Source: Escherichia coli (GTDB lineage Bacteria; Pseudomonadota; Gammaproteobacteria; Enterobacterales; Enterobacteriaceae). Taken from it: 64,000 nucleotides of DNA. The translations under genes and the position numbers were made by a program. The DNA is taken from NCBI RefSeq assembly GCF_013122565.1, contig NZ_CP053258.1; one strand, written 5' to 3'. This document shows positions 1 to 10,561 of this stretch, piece after piece. The notes beneath the pieces were generated by a model that saw nothing but the letters and a program-made list of their open reading frames with translations, was not told where the DNA came from and did not search any database. The first letter of the stretch is position 1, and every line of letters begins with the position of its first letter.

Positions 1-1
1 G

Positions 2-1117
2 GCACTTTTAATTCCTGCCCTGCTCGCCGCAGGTGCTGCACATGCAGCCGAAGTTTATAATAAAGACGGCAATAAATTAGATCTGTATGGCAAAGTTGAT
101 GGCCTGCATTATTTTTCTGATAATTCAGCGAAAGATGGCGACCAGAGCTATGCGCGTCTGGGTTTTAAAGGCGAAACCCAAATTAACGATCAACTTACTG
201 GCTACGGTCAATGGGAATACAATATTCAGGCAAACAACACTGAATCTTCAAAAAACCAGTCATGGACCCGTCTGGCATTTGCCGGACTGAAATTTGCAGA
301 TTACGGTTCTTTCGATTACGGACGTAATTATGGCGTAATGTACGACATCGAAGGCTGGACCGATATGCTGCCTGAATTTGGCGGTGACTCTTATACCAAT
401 GCAGACAACTTTATGACTGGTCGTGCCAATGGCGTCGCGACTTATCGTAATACTGATTTCTTCGATCTGGTAAATGGTCTGAACTTCGCGGTGCAGTATC
501 AAGGTAACAACGAAGGTGCCAGTAATGGTCAGGAAGGCACCAACAACGGACGTGATGTTCGCCATGAAAACGGTGACGGCTGGGGTCTTTCCACAACATA
601 TGATTTAGGCATGGGCTTTAGCGCTGGTGCGGCATACACCTCATCTGACCGCACCAATGACCAGGTTAACCATACTGCGGCAGGTGGTGATAAAGCAGAC
701 GCGTGGACTGCTGGGCTAAAATACGATGCTAACAATATTTACCTGGCAACCATGTATTCAGAAACGCGTAATATGACCCCGTTTGGCGACAGCGATTATG
801 CAGTTGCGAACAAAACCCAGAACTTTGAAGTTACTGCACAATACCAGTTTGATTTTGGTCTGCGTCCGGCAGTCTCTTTCCTGATGTCTAAAGGCCGTGA
901 CCTTCACGCTGCCGGTGGTGCAGACAACCCGGCAGGTGTTGATGATAAAGATCTGGTTAAATACGCCGATGTTGGCGCAACTTACTATTTCAATAAAAAC
1001 ATGTCCACCTATGTTGACTATAAAATCAACCTGTTGGATGAAGATGACAGTTTCTACGCTGCCAACGGCATCTCTACCGATGATATTGTTGCTTTAGGTC
1101 TGGTTTATCAGTTCTAA
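2..1117 (+). CDS. ompN: Outer membrane porin OmpN, 5' end cut by the window edge. The frame is open from nt 2 and shows the signal-peptide tail ...[23 protein letters not shown].
   Basis: Frame 2 translates from nt 2 without a stop and continues into track ORF 338..1117. It has general-porin motifs ([12 protein letters not shown]-terminal LGLVYQF) and matches remembered OmpN. Confidence 0.9.
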   Translation, partial: ALLIPALLAAGAAHAAEVYNKDGNKLDLYGKVDGLHYFSDNSAKDGDQSYARLGFKGETQINDQLTGYGQWEYNIQANNTESSKNQSWTRLAFAGLKFADYGSFDYGRNYGVMYDIEGWTDMLPEFGGDSYTNADNFMTGRANGVATYRNTDFFDLVNGLNFAVQYQGNNEGASNGQEGTNNGRDVRHENGDGWGLSTTYDLGMGFSAGAAYTSSDRTNDQVNHTAAGGDKADAWTAGLKYDANNIYLATMYSETRNMTPFGDSDYAVANKTQNFEVTAQYQFDFGLRPAVSFLMSKGRDLHAAGGADNPAGVDDKDLVKYADVGATYYFNKNMSTYVDYKINLLDEDDSFYAANGISTDDIVALGLVYQF

Positions 1118-1125
1118 ATCCTCCT

Positions 1126-1149
1126 GCCCGCTGTTTTGGCGGGCTTTTT
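1126..1149 (+). terminator. Rho-independent terminator of ompN
   Basis: GCCCGC-tgttttg-GCGGGC hairpin followed by a T5 run, 9 nt after the stop codon. Confidence 0.7.
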
Positions 1150-1176
1150 CTGCTTATTCTTCCTCCTTTGATCTAA

Positions 1177-1692
<516 letters not shown>

Positions 1693-1699
1693 CACTAAC

Positions 1700-1724
1700 G
1701 CCCGCACATTGCTGCGGGCTTTTT
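1700..1724 (+). terminator. Rho-independent terminator of uspF
   Basis: GCCCGCA-cattgc-TGCGGGC hairpin followed by TTTTT. Confidence 0.7.
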
Positions 1725-1867
1725 GATTCATTTCGCAAATGTGCTGACATTTTCCCCTCTAATCCGTACCATACACGCCACAGTTTTTATATCAGATTTC
1801 TTATGCTGGGCGTTCCGGCATGACGCATACTCTTCTGATGCCATATAACGAATTGAGTCGCTTTTAA

Positions 1868-2803
1868 ATGTCGCAAAATCAAGAAATTAGCAAGAAAGAA
1901 CAATACAATCTGAACAAATTACAAAAACGCCTGCGTCGTAACGTGGGCGAAGCCATAGCTGACTTCAATATGATTGAAGAAGGCGATCGCATCATGGTTT
2001 GCCTCTCCGGGGGTAAAGACAGCTATACCATGCTGGAGATTCTGCGCAATTTGCAGCAAAGCGCGCCAATCAATTTTTCACTGGTGGCTGTTAACCTCGA
2101 TCAAAAGCAACCGGGCTTCCCGGAACACGTTCTGCCCGAGTATCTTGAAAAGCTGGGCGTTGAGTACAAGATTGTTGAAGAGAACACTTACGGTATCGTG
2201 AAAGAGAAGATTCCAGAGGGCAAAACCACTTGCTCACTGTGTTCTCGGCTACGTCGCGGTATCCTTTATCGCACCGCAACGGAACTGGGGGCGACGAAGA
2301 TCGCGTTGGGCCACCATCGTGACGATATCCTGCAAACGTTGTTCTTAAATATGTTCTACGGCGGCAAGATGAAAGGTATGCCTCCGAAACTGATGAGCGA
2401 TGATGGCAAACATATCGTTATTCGTCCACTGGCCTACTGCCGCGAGAAAGATATTCAGCGATTTGCCGATGCAAAAGCGTTCCCGATTATTCCGTGCAAC
2501 CTGTGCGGTTCACAGCCTAACCTGCAACGACAAGTGATTGCTGACATGTTGCGTGACTGGGATAAACGTTATCCGGGGCGTATCGAGACGATGTTCAGCG
2601 CGATGCAGAATGTGGTGCCGTCGCATCTGTGCGATACCGACCTGTTCGATTTTAAAGGCATTACCCACGGTTCTGAAGTGGTTAACGGCGGTGATCTGGC
2701 GTTTGATCGCGAAGAGATCCCACTACAACCGGCGGGCTGGCAGCCTGAAGAAGATGAAAATCAGTTGGATGAGTTACGGCTGAATGTGGTTGAAGTGAAA
2801 TAA
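1868..2803 (+). CDS. ttcA: tRNA 2-thiocytidine(32) synthetase TtcA (311 aa)
   Basis: PP-loop SGGKDS motif and CxxC pairs. The full-length translation matches remembered TtcA/YdaO. Confidence 0.95.
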   Translation: MSQNQEISKKEQYNLNKLQKRLRRNVGEAIADFNMIEEGDRIMVCLSGGKDSYTMLEILRNLQQSAPINFSLVAVNLDQKQPGFPEHVLPEYLEKLGVEYKIVEENTYGIVKEKIPEGKTTCSLCSRLRRGILYRTATELGATKIALGHHRDDILQTLFLNMFYGGKMKGMPPKLMSDDGKHIVIRPLAYCREKDIQRFADAKAFPIIPCNLCGSQPNLQRQVIADMLRDWDKRYPGRIETMFSAMQNVVPSHLCDTDLFDFKGITHGSEVVNGGDLAFDREEIPLQPAGWQPEEDENQLDELRLNVVEVK

Positions 2804-2810
2804 CCAGGAT

Positions 2811-2885
2811 AGCGCCCGATGCGCAAGCGTATCGGGCTACTCTAATGGAGGCCGGATAAGACGCGGCCAGCGTCGCATCCGGCAA
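2811..2885. repeat. REP/BIME element (two palindromic units)
   Basis: GCCGGATAAGACGCGGCCAGCGTCGCATCCGGCA is a classic REP. It sits beside a second imperfect palindrome, GCGCCCGATGCG..CGTATCGGGC. Confidence 0.8.
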
Positions 2886-2931
2886 TCCCGAATAAGATGT
2901 TTACTCTTGCACCCGGCAATTCAACATCTCA

Positions 2932-4305
2932 TTATTTTAATAACCGCACCCGGCACGTTTTTCCTTTAATCTTCCCGCCCTGTAACTGTTTCCATGCTTT
3001 ATGAGCAACAGCCTGACGGACCGCGACATAGACATGCGCCGGATGCACGGCGATTTTGCCAATATCTGCGCCATCAAGCCCGATATCTCCTGTCAGTGCA
3101 CCTAATATATCACCCGGGCGCATTTTGGCTTTTTTCCCGCCATCGATACACAACGTTGCCATTTCTGCTTCCAGCGTCACAATGGAACTATTAGCTGGCG
3201 GCGTTTGCCAGTTAAGTGTTATCTGCAACATGTCAGAAATGATATTGGCCCGCTGTGCTTCTTCCGGAGCACAGAAACTGATCGCCAGACCGCTATTTCC
3301 TGCACGAGCTGTACGACCGATGCGATGTACATGAACTTCAGGGTCCCACGCCAGCTCAAAGTTCACCACCAGCTCAAGCGATTTAATATCCAGACCACGC
3401 GCAGCAACATCAGTCGCGACCAGTACACGGGCGCTACCGTTAGCAAAACGTACCAGGGTCTGATCGCGATCGCGTTGCTCCAGATCGCCATGTAACGACA
3501 ATGCGCTTTGCCCTACTTCATTCAGCGCGTCACACACAGCCTGGCAATCTTTTTTGGTGTTACAAAACACCACACAAGACGATGGCTGATGCAAACTTAA
3601 TAACCGTTGCAACAGAGGAATTTTGCCCTTGCTGGAGGTCTCATAAAATTGTTGTTCAATAGGCGGCAGTGCATCTGTTGTGTCTATTTCAATCGCCAAA
3701 GCATCGCGTTGCACTCGTCCGCTGATTGCAGCGATGGCTTCCGGCCAGGTTGCCGAAAACAGAAGCGTCTGTCGAGATGCTGGCGCAAAACGGATGACAT
3801 CATCAATGGCATCGCTAAATCCCATATCCAGCATGCGGTCGGCCTCATCCATCACCAAAGTATTCAGCGCATCCAGTGATACCGTGCCTTTTTGCAAGTG
3901 ATCCAGCAAACGACCCGGCGTTGCCACGATAATATGCGGCGCATGTTGCAACGAATCACGCTGCATACCGAACGGTTGACCACCGCACAACGTCAAAATT
4001 TTGGTATTTGGCAGAAAACGCGCCAGCCGACGCAATTCACCTGCCACCTGATCCGCCAGTTCACGCGTAGGACACAGCACTAAAGCCTGGGTTTGAAATA
4101 GCGACGCATCAATTTGCTGTAACAAGCCGAGGCCAAAAGCCGCCGTTTTGCCGCTGCCGGTTTTCGCCTGCACGCGAACATCTTTTCCGGCAAGGATCGC
4201 CGGAAGCGCGGCGGCCTGCACCGGCGTCATAGTTAAATAACCCAACTCATTAAGGTTCGTGAGTTGGGCGGGAGGCAAAACATTCAGGGTAGAAAAAGCG
4301 GTCAC
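2932..4305 (-). CDS. dbpA: ATP-dependent 23S rRNA-specific DEAD-box RNA helicase DbpA (457 aa, GTG start)
   Basis: Motifs AKTGSGKT, DEAD, SAT and HRIGRTAR are present. The translation matches remembered DbpA. Confidence 0.95.
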   Translation of the reverse strand: MTAFSTLNVLPPAQLTNLNELGYLTMTPVQAAALPAILAGKDVRVQAKTGSGKTAAFGLGLLQQIDASLFQTQALVLCPTRELADQVAGELRRLARFLPNTKILTLCGGQPFGMQRDSLQHAPHIIVATPGRLLDHLQKGTVSLDALNTLVMDEADRMLDMGFSDAIDDVIRFAPASRQTLLFSATWPEAIAAISGRVQRDALAIEIDTTDALPPIEQQFYETSSKGKIPLLQRLLSLHQPSSCVVFCNTKKDCQAVCDALNEVGQSALSLHGDLEQRDRDQTLVRFANGSARVLVATDVAARGLDIKSLELVVNFELAWDPEVHVHRIGRTARAGNSGLAISFCAPEEAQRANIISDMLQITLNWQTPPANSSIVTLEAEMATLCIDGGKKAKMRPGDILGALTGDIGLDGADIGKIAVHPAHVYVAVRQAVAHKAWKQLQGGKIKGKTCRVRLLK

Positions 4306-4334
4306 AATCTATTCTCGTGGTCATCGACGCAAAG

Positions 4335-4508
4335 TTAGCAGGCGCGTATCCTCGCAGATCTACGCTCACGATGCGACAATTTAATCGGTTCTTCATCGGG
4401 TGGTGGGTCAGGCATGGGTTGCGGGCGAGGGATCGGATCGGGCACTGGAACAGGATCGCCAGGAATCGGTTCAGGGACAGGAATTTGCAAATAAATAAGT
4501 GTCGTCAT
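4335..4508 (-). CDS. Small 57-aa X-Pro-repeat protein: MTTLIYLQIPVPEPIPGDPVPVPDPIPRPQPMPDPPPDEEPIKLSHRERRSARIRAC
   Basis: I translated this by hand; it is below the track's length cutoff. The ATG is preceded by GGAGGG at 4-nt spacing. Its 16 prolines use all four synonymous codons. It lies 29 nt upstream of the dbpA GTG on the same strand. Confidence 0.55.
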   Translation of the reverse strand: MTTLIYLQIPVPEPIPGDPVPVPDPIPRPQPMPDPPPDEEPIKLSHRERRSARIRAC

Positions 4509-4565
4509 ATTTCCCTCCGGTCATTGGGTGGACTCTTAAAGGGTAGACGCTGATAAATAACAGGC

Positions 4566-4687
4566 AAAAAAAAGCCGACTCATCAAAGTCGGCGTCGTAC
4601 GAATCAATTGTGCTATGCAGTAATTCAAAAAAGGAAGTAAGACAATATGGAGCGCAACGCCCATCGCTTGACGTTGCATTCACCTGC
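4566..4687 (-). ncRNA. fnrS: FnrS, an FNR-activated Hfq-dependent sRNA (122 nt)
   Basis: The reverse complement reads GCAGGTGAATGCAACGTCAAGCGATGGGCGTTGCGC...GCCGACTTTGATGAGTCGGCTTTTTTTT. This matches remembered FnrS, including the terminator hairpin and U8 tail. Confidence 0.92.
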
Positions 4688-4722
4688 AAGGGAGATATTG
4701 CCCTGAATGGGTAGAGAGTTTA

Positions 4723-4736
4723 TTGACTTCGCTCAA
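4723..4736 (-). promoter_or_regulatory. FNR box of the fnrS promoter
   Basis: The minus strand reads TTGAGCGAAGTCAA (consensus TTGAT-N4-ATCAA). It is centred about 42 nt upstream of the FnrS 5' end, the class II position. Confidence 0.8.
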
Positions 4737-4782
4737 ACTTTGCGGCGTTTTTGTATACAGACAGCCGGAAAAATTGCTTTTG

Positions 4783-5787
<1,005 letters not shown>

Positions 5788-6020
5788 TTATTTTGTAGTC
5801 TAGCCTTCTGGCCCTGTTACGCAACATCTCATCACCCCATTACCCTGAAATGATTAATAAAATTCTGTCTAAATTGAATACAAAAAGCAAAATGCTTTTC
5901 CGTATACAAACCGTGTGAAGTGTTAAATAGCGTCTATCATTATCAGAATTATCTGATCATATGACGTGGCTTTTTTGCGATCGGATAACAACAAAAATTG
6001 ATAAAAATAACGGGATCTCA

Positions 6021-7253
6021 ATGATTACGCACAACTTCAATACCCTGGACTTACTCACCAGTCCTGTCTGGATCGTTTCGCCCTTTGAGGAACAGTTAAT
6101 TTATGCCAATAGCGCGGCGCGACTGTTGATGCAAGACCTCACGTTTAGTCAGCTACGAACCGGACCCTATTCCGTCTCCTCACAAAAAGAACTGCCGAAA
6201 TACCTCTCCGATCTGCAAAACCAACACGATATTATCGAAATCCTCACCGTTCAGCGTAAAGAAGAGGAAACAGCATTAAGCTGTCGGCTTGTTTTGCGAA
6301 AGCTGACAGAAGCAGAACCGGTAATTATTTTCGAAGGTATCGAAGCGCCGGCAACGCTGGGTTTAAAAGCCAGCCGCTCGGCAAATTATCAGCGCAAAAA
6401 ACAAGGTTTTTATGCGCGTTTTTTTCTGACTAACTCTGCACCAATGTTGTTGATTGACCCCTCACGAGATGGCCAAATCGTCGATGCTAACCTCGCCGCG
6501 CTCAATTTCTATGGTTATAACCATGAAACGATGTGCCAGAAACATACCTGGGAAATTAATATGCTCGGGCGTCGCGTCATGCCTATCATGCATGAAATTT
6601 CGCATTTACCCGGTGGTCATAAACCTTTGAATTTTGTTCATAAACTGGCGGATGGTTCTACTCGTCATGTGCAGACCTATGCCGGGCCGATTGAAATTTA
6701 TGGCGACAAGCTCATGTTATGTATTGTGCATGATATTACTGAGCAAAAACGGCTGGAGGAGCAGCTGGAACATGCTGCTCACCATGACGCGATGACCGGA
6801 TTACTGAATCGGCGACAGTTTTATCACATTACCGAGCCAGGCCAAATGCAGCACCTCGCCATCGCTCAGGATTACAGCTTGTTGCTCATCGACACCGATC
6901 GTTTTAAACACATTAACGATCTCTATGGGCATTCTAAAGGTGATGAGGTGTTATGCGCCCTCGCCCGCACCCTCGAAAGTTGCGCTCGTAAAGGCGATTT
7001 GGTGTTTCGTTGGGGAGGCGAAGAGTTTGTCTTATTGCTACCAAGGACCCCACTGGATACCGCGCTTTCGCTGGCTGAAACTATCCGTGTAAGCGTGGCA
7101 AAAGTGAGTATTTCGGGCTTACCACGCTTTACCGTCAGCATTGGTGTGGCGCATCACGAAGGAAATGAAAGCATCGATGAACTGTTTAAACGCGTTGATG
7201 ATGCTTTGTATCGGGCGAAAAATGATGGACGCAACCGCGTGCTGGCGGCATAA
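6021..7253 (+). CDS. dgcM: Diguanylate cyclase DgcM (PAS-PAS-GGDEF, 410 aa)
   Basis: GGEEF active site (RWGGEEFVLLL). MITHNFNTLDLLTSPVWIV... matches remembered YdaM. The track start at 5961 adds 20 aa that I do not expect. Confidence 0.9.
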   Translation: MITHNFNTLDLLTSPVWIVSPFEEQLIYANSAARLLMQDLTFSQLRTGPYSVSSQKELPKYLSDLQNQHDIIEILTVQRKEEETALSCRLVLRKLTEAEPVIIFEGIEAPATLGLKASRSANYQRKKQGFYARFFLTNSAPMLLIDPSRDGQIVDANLAALNFYGYNHETMCQKHTWEINMLGRRVMPIMHEISHLPGGHKPLNFVHKLADGSTRHVQTYAGPIEIYGDKLMLCIVHDITEQKRLEEQLEHAAHHDAMTGLLNRRQFYHITEPGQMQHLAIAQDYSLLLIDTDRFKHINDLYGHSKGDEVLCALARTLESCARKGDLVFRWGGEEFVLLLPRTPLDTALSLAETIRVSVAKVSISGLPRFTVSIGVAHHEGNESIDELFKRVDDALYRAKNDGRNRVLAA

Positions 7254-7273
7254 GCCGCGGATGCGTCTCGAGA

Positions 7274-7837
7274 TCAACGGCTGCGCTTAGCGTGGCGCTC
7301 CCAGTTTTCTTGCTTCGCCTGCGCCGTTTTACGTAGTGCGACGTAACACGCCCCGCTGCCGCCATGATGCGGTAGCGCGGTGCAATATGCCTGAACATCA
7401 TCAAATTCGGTCAGCCAGCGCGCCACATAGCTGCGGACAATATTGGCATGTGATTTATCATCCCGCCCTTTACCATGAATAATCAGCACGTTACGCAAAC
7501 CATCCGCCAGGGCTTGTTGAATGAAACTGAACACCATTTTGCGGCACTCTTCCACCGGCTGGCGCAAAAGATTCAGGCTCGCCTGTTGCGGATATTTACC
7601 ACTACGCAGCTTATCCAGCACCCCATGTTGCAACCCTTCCCGCCGAAACTCCAGCGGCTGACTTAGCGGGATAATGTCGAGAAATCCGGTAGTGAGGAAA
7701 TTATCAAGCTGCAGCGTGTCGATACGCTGTGGCGCACGTTGGTTACGCGTGGGATGCCAGTGGACATCGGTAGCACGTTTCAGCGGCTGGACATCTTCCA
7801 TGGCGTCAAGAAACAGCGATTTGTCGTCAAGGTTCAT
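7274..7837 (-). CDS. smrA: Smr-domain DNA endonuclease SmrA (187 aa)
   Basis: C-terminal Smr domain (LIIHGKG). SD is GGGAGGATG. Matches remembered YdaL. Confidence 0.9.
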   Translation of the reverse strand: MNLDDKSLFLDAMEDVQPLKRATDVHWHPTRNQRAPQRIDTLQLDNFLTTGFLDIIPLSQPLEFRREGLQHGVLDKLRSGKYPQQASLNLLRQPVEECRKMVFSFIQQALADGLRNVLIIHGKGRDDKSHANIVRSYVARWLTEFDDVQAYCTALPHHGGSGACYVALRKTAQAKQENWERHAKRSR

Positions 7838-8064
7838 GTTACATCCTCCCGCAATTAAGAGCGCGATATGATAACCAGACCGGGTCGGTCCAACAACGTA
7901 TTACCCAAATTTCCAGTAATAAGTTCCAAATATTGCCGATATTTTAAGCAAAATGCTTATGCATGATTATTCATTCATGATATTAATAATGTAACTTATA
8001 TTTTCGTGAAATCTGTCACTGAAGAAAATTGGCAACTAAAGGTTAAAACCGTTATAACACAGTC

Positions 8065-8159
8065 ACCGGCGCAGAGGAGACAATGCCGGATTTAAGACGC
8101 GGATGCACTGCTGTGTGTACTGTAGAGTCTGGCGGATGTCGACAGACTCTATTTTTTTA
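8065..8159 (+). ncRNA. mcaS: McaS (IsrA) sRNA, about 95 nt
   Basis: ACCGGCGCAGAGGAGACAATGCCGGATTTAAGACGCGGATGCACTGCTGTGTGTACTGTAGAGTCTGGCGGATGTCGACAGACTCTATTTTTTT matches remembered McaS. The terminator hairpin is AGAGTCTG..CAGACTCT followed by T7. Confidence 0.9.
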
Positions 8160-8166
8160 TGCAGTT

Positions 8167-9075
8167 TTAACTTTGCAGATAGCCGCATTCTCGCCGGAAT
8201 TGCGTGATTAATGACGCGGTCAGTGGTGTCTGGCGACTATCACGCCGCTGAATCAAATAATAGGCCGCTTTCGGTAAAATTTCGCTAACCGGCAACATCA
8301 CCAGCCCCTGTCCGTGCAAGGGATCGCAGCCCATTTCTTCAGGCAGTATGCTGAGAAAATCGCTTTTTGCCACCAGACTGATACAGGCTGAGAACGTCTC
8401 GCAGACTACACCGACCTGTGGCATTTGCGCCTGATCGTCAAGCAATTCACTCAACTGTTTGTAGTAGCTGCCGTGTGGCGTCGGCATTGTCCAGCTGTAA
8501 TCCAGTAACTGTTTGATCGAACGGGCACCAATGGCGGGATGTCCCGGGCGGCAAAAGATCGCGAATTGCTTTTCCAGTAATTTCTCAAAAGTAAATTCGT
8601 GGTCGTACGGTCCCTGATAATAGGTATTGATGGTGAAATCCAATTCTCCCTGACGCAATTCATTAATCATCGACACCAGTTGCCCTTCCATAATGCGTAC
8701 TTTTACCTGCGGATGCTGCTGATGAAAACGAGATATGACAGCTGGCATCAGACTGCGGGAAATACTGGCCCCCATGCCGATATTAATCTGCCCTGCCAGT
8801 TGCCCTTGTCGTTGGCGAATATCCTCGTGGGCTGCGCGCAGCTCTTCAAGAATAAGACTGGCGTGCTGATAAAAACTTTCACCGGCATCAGTTAACGTCA
8901 CGCCTTTACTACGGCGAAAAAAGAGTTGCGCCGCCAACCCTTCTTCCAGCTCCTGAATAGATTTACTCAGTGCCGGTTGCGACATATTCAACATTCGGCT
9001 CGCTCCGCGAATGCTGCCCTGACGAGCCACTTCAACAAAAGCCCGAATTTGATGAATTTTTACCTGTAAAGCCAT
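8167..9075 (-). CDS. abgR: LysR-family regulator AbgR (302 aa)
   Basis: N-terminal HTH, LysR substrate-binding domain, divergent from abgA. Matches remembered AbgR. Confidence 0.93.
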   Translation of the reverse strand: MALQVKIHQIRAFVEVARQGSIRGASRMLNMSQPALSKSIQELEEGLAAQLFFRRSKGVTLTDAGESFYQHASLILEELRAAHEDIRQRQGQLAGQINIGMGASISRSLMPAVISRFHQQHPQVKVRIMEGQLVSMINELRQGELDFTINTYYQGPYDHEFTFEKLLEKQFAIFCRPGHPAIGARSIKQLLDYSWTMPTPHGSYYKQLSELLDDQAQMPQVGVVCETFSACISLVAKSDFLSILPEEMGCDPLHGQGLVMLPVSEILPKAAYYLIQRRDSRQTPLTASLITQFRRECGYLQS

Positions 9076-9250
9076 GACGCCACCGATAACCGTTATTTAT
9101 CAGACCAAAGAAACTGGCATCTACTTTAATGCAGATGATTGTGTCAGGGTAATTTATGAACGGTTAAAACTGTGAAAAATCAGTTAGTGATAAGTAAAAA
9201 CTATCGCTACGTGAACCGGGTCACACTTTTTACTGATGACGGGAAAGGTT

Positions 9251-10561
9251 ATGGAGTCTTTGAATCAATTTGTTAATTCGCTTGCCCCAACATTATCGCA
9301 CTGGCGACGTGATTTTCATCACTATGCAGAGTCTGGCTGGGTGGAATTCCGCACTGCCACCCTTGTTGCGGAAGAATTGCACCAGCTCGGCTATTCACTG
9401 GCGCTGGGTCGCGAAGTAGTTAATGAAAGTAGCCGGATGGGATTACCTGATGAATTCACTCTACAACGCGAATTCGAACGCGCTCGTCAACAGGGTGCGC
9501 TAGCACAATGGATTGCGGCGTTTGAAGGTGGTTTCACTGGTATCGTCGCCACCCTGGATACCGGTCGCCCCGGTCCGGTGATGGCTTTCCGTGTCGATAT
9601 GGACGCGCTGGATCTCAGTGAAGAGCAGGATGTCAGCCATCGCCCCTACCGCGACGGTTTTGCGTCATGTAACGCCGGAATGATGCATGCCTGTGGTCAT
9701 GATGGACATACCGCCATTGGGCTTGGGCTGGCGCATACCCTTAAACAGTTCGAGTCCGGACTACATGGCGTCATCAAACTGATTTTTCAGCCTGCAGAGG
9801 AAGGTACGCGTGGCGCGCGGGCGATGGTCGATGCAGGTGTCGTAGATGATGTTGATTATTTTACTGCCGTGCACATTGGCACTGGCGTACCTGCGGGCAC
9901 CGTGGTGTGCGGCAGTGATAATTTTATGGCAACCACCAAATTTGACGCGCACTTCACCGGGACCGCCGCTCACGCAGGCGCAAAACCAGAAGACGGTCAC
10001 AATGCCTTGTTGGCGGCAGCACAAGCAACTCTTGCACTACATGCAATCGCCCCGCACAGCGAAGGAGCTTCCAGAGTAAACGTGGGCGTTATGCAGGCAG
10101 GAAGCGGTCGTAATGTTGTTCCTGCCTCGGCGTTGCTGAAAGTGGAAACACGCGGGGCCAGCGACGTCATTAATCAATATGTTTTTGACCGTGCACAACA
10201 AGCGATTCAGGGCGCAGCAACCATGTATGGTGTCGGCGTTGAAACTCGTCTGATGGGTGCAGCTACCGCCAGTTCTCCTTCGCCGCAATGGGTCGCATGG
10301 TTGCAAAGTCAGGCGGCTCAGGTCGCGGGGGTCAATCAGGCCATTGAACGTGTTGAAGCGCCTGCGGGTTCCGAAGATGCCACATTAATGATGGCCCGCG
10401 TGCAGCAACATCAAGGGCAAGCCTCCTACGTGGTGTTTGGCACGCAACTGGCGGCAGGTCATCACAACGAAAAATTCGATTTTGACGAGCAGGTTCTCGC
10501 TATTGCCGTCGAAACGCTGGCGCGCACCGCGCTCAATTTTCCCTGGACGCGAGGTATCTGA
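9251..10561 (+). CDS. abgA: p-Aminobenzoyl-glutamate hydrolase subunit A (M20 peptidase, 436 aa)
   Basis: MESLNQFVNSLAPTLSHWRRDFH... matches remembered AbgA. Its stop overlaps the abgB ATG (TGATG). Confidence 0.92.
   Translation: MESLNQFVNSLAPTLSHWRRDFHHYAESGWVEFRTATLVAEELHQLGYSLALGREVVNESSRMGLPDEFTLQREFERARQQGALAQWIAAFEGGFTGIVATLDTGRPGPVMAFRVDMDALDLSEEQDVSHRPYRDGFASCNAGMMHACGHDGHTAIGLGLAHTLKQFESGLHGVIKLIFQPAEEGTRGARAMVDAGVVDDVDYFTAVHIGTGVPAGTVVCGSDNFMATTKFDAHFTGTAAHAGAKPEDGHNALLAAAQATLALHAIAPHSEGASRVNVGVMQAGSGRNVVPASALLKVETRGASDVINQYVFDRAQQAIQGAATMYGVGVETRLMGAATASSPSPQWVAWLQSQAAQVAGVNQAIERVEAPAGSEDATLMMARVQQHQGQASYVVFGTQLAAGHHNEKFDFDEQVLAIAVETLARTALNFPWTRGI

Noticed and set aside
4317-4553. 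78-aa + strand ORF in the dbpA-fnrS spacer.
   Set aside because: It has no SD and is antisense to the much better supported X-Pro small ORF. Its G/R/W-rich translation simply mirrors the proline codons.
5961-6020. N-terminal extensions in the ORF track for dgcM. The same applies to uspF, abgA, abgT, fnr, uspE, mppA, mpaA, ycjG, tyrR, ycjX, ycjR, ycjM, pspD, pspF, puuC, puuD, puuA, puuP and yciW.
   Set aside because: In each case the internal start has a better SD and reproduces the remembered K-12 N-terminus. Several extensions begin at non-ATG codons or run into the upstream gene or promoter.
8005-8020. CRP-like half-site pair CGTGA-aatctg-TCACT upstream of mcaS.
   Set aside because: McaS is reported to be CRP dependent, but this site is centred about 52 nt from the 5' end I inferred. 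That fits neither the class I nor the class II spacing, so I did not call it as a feature.
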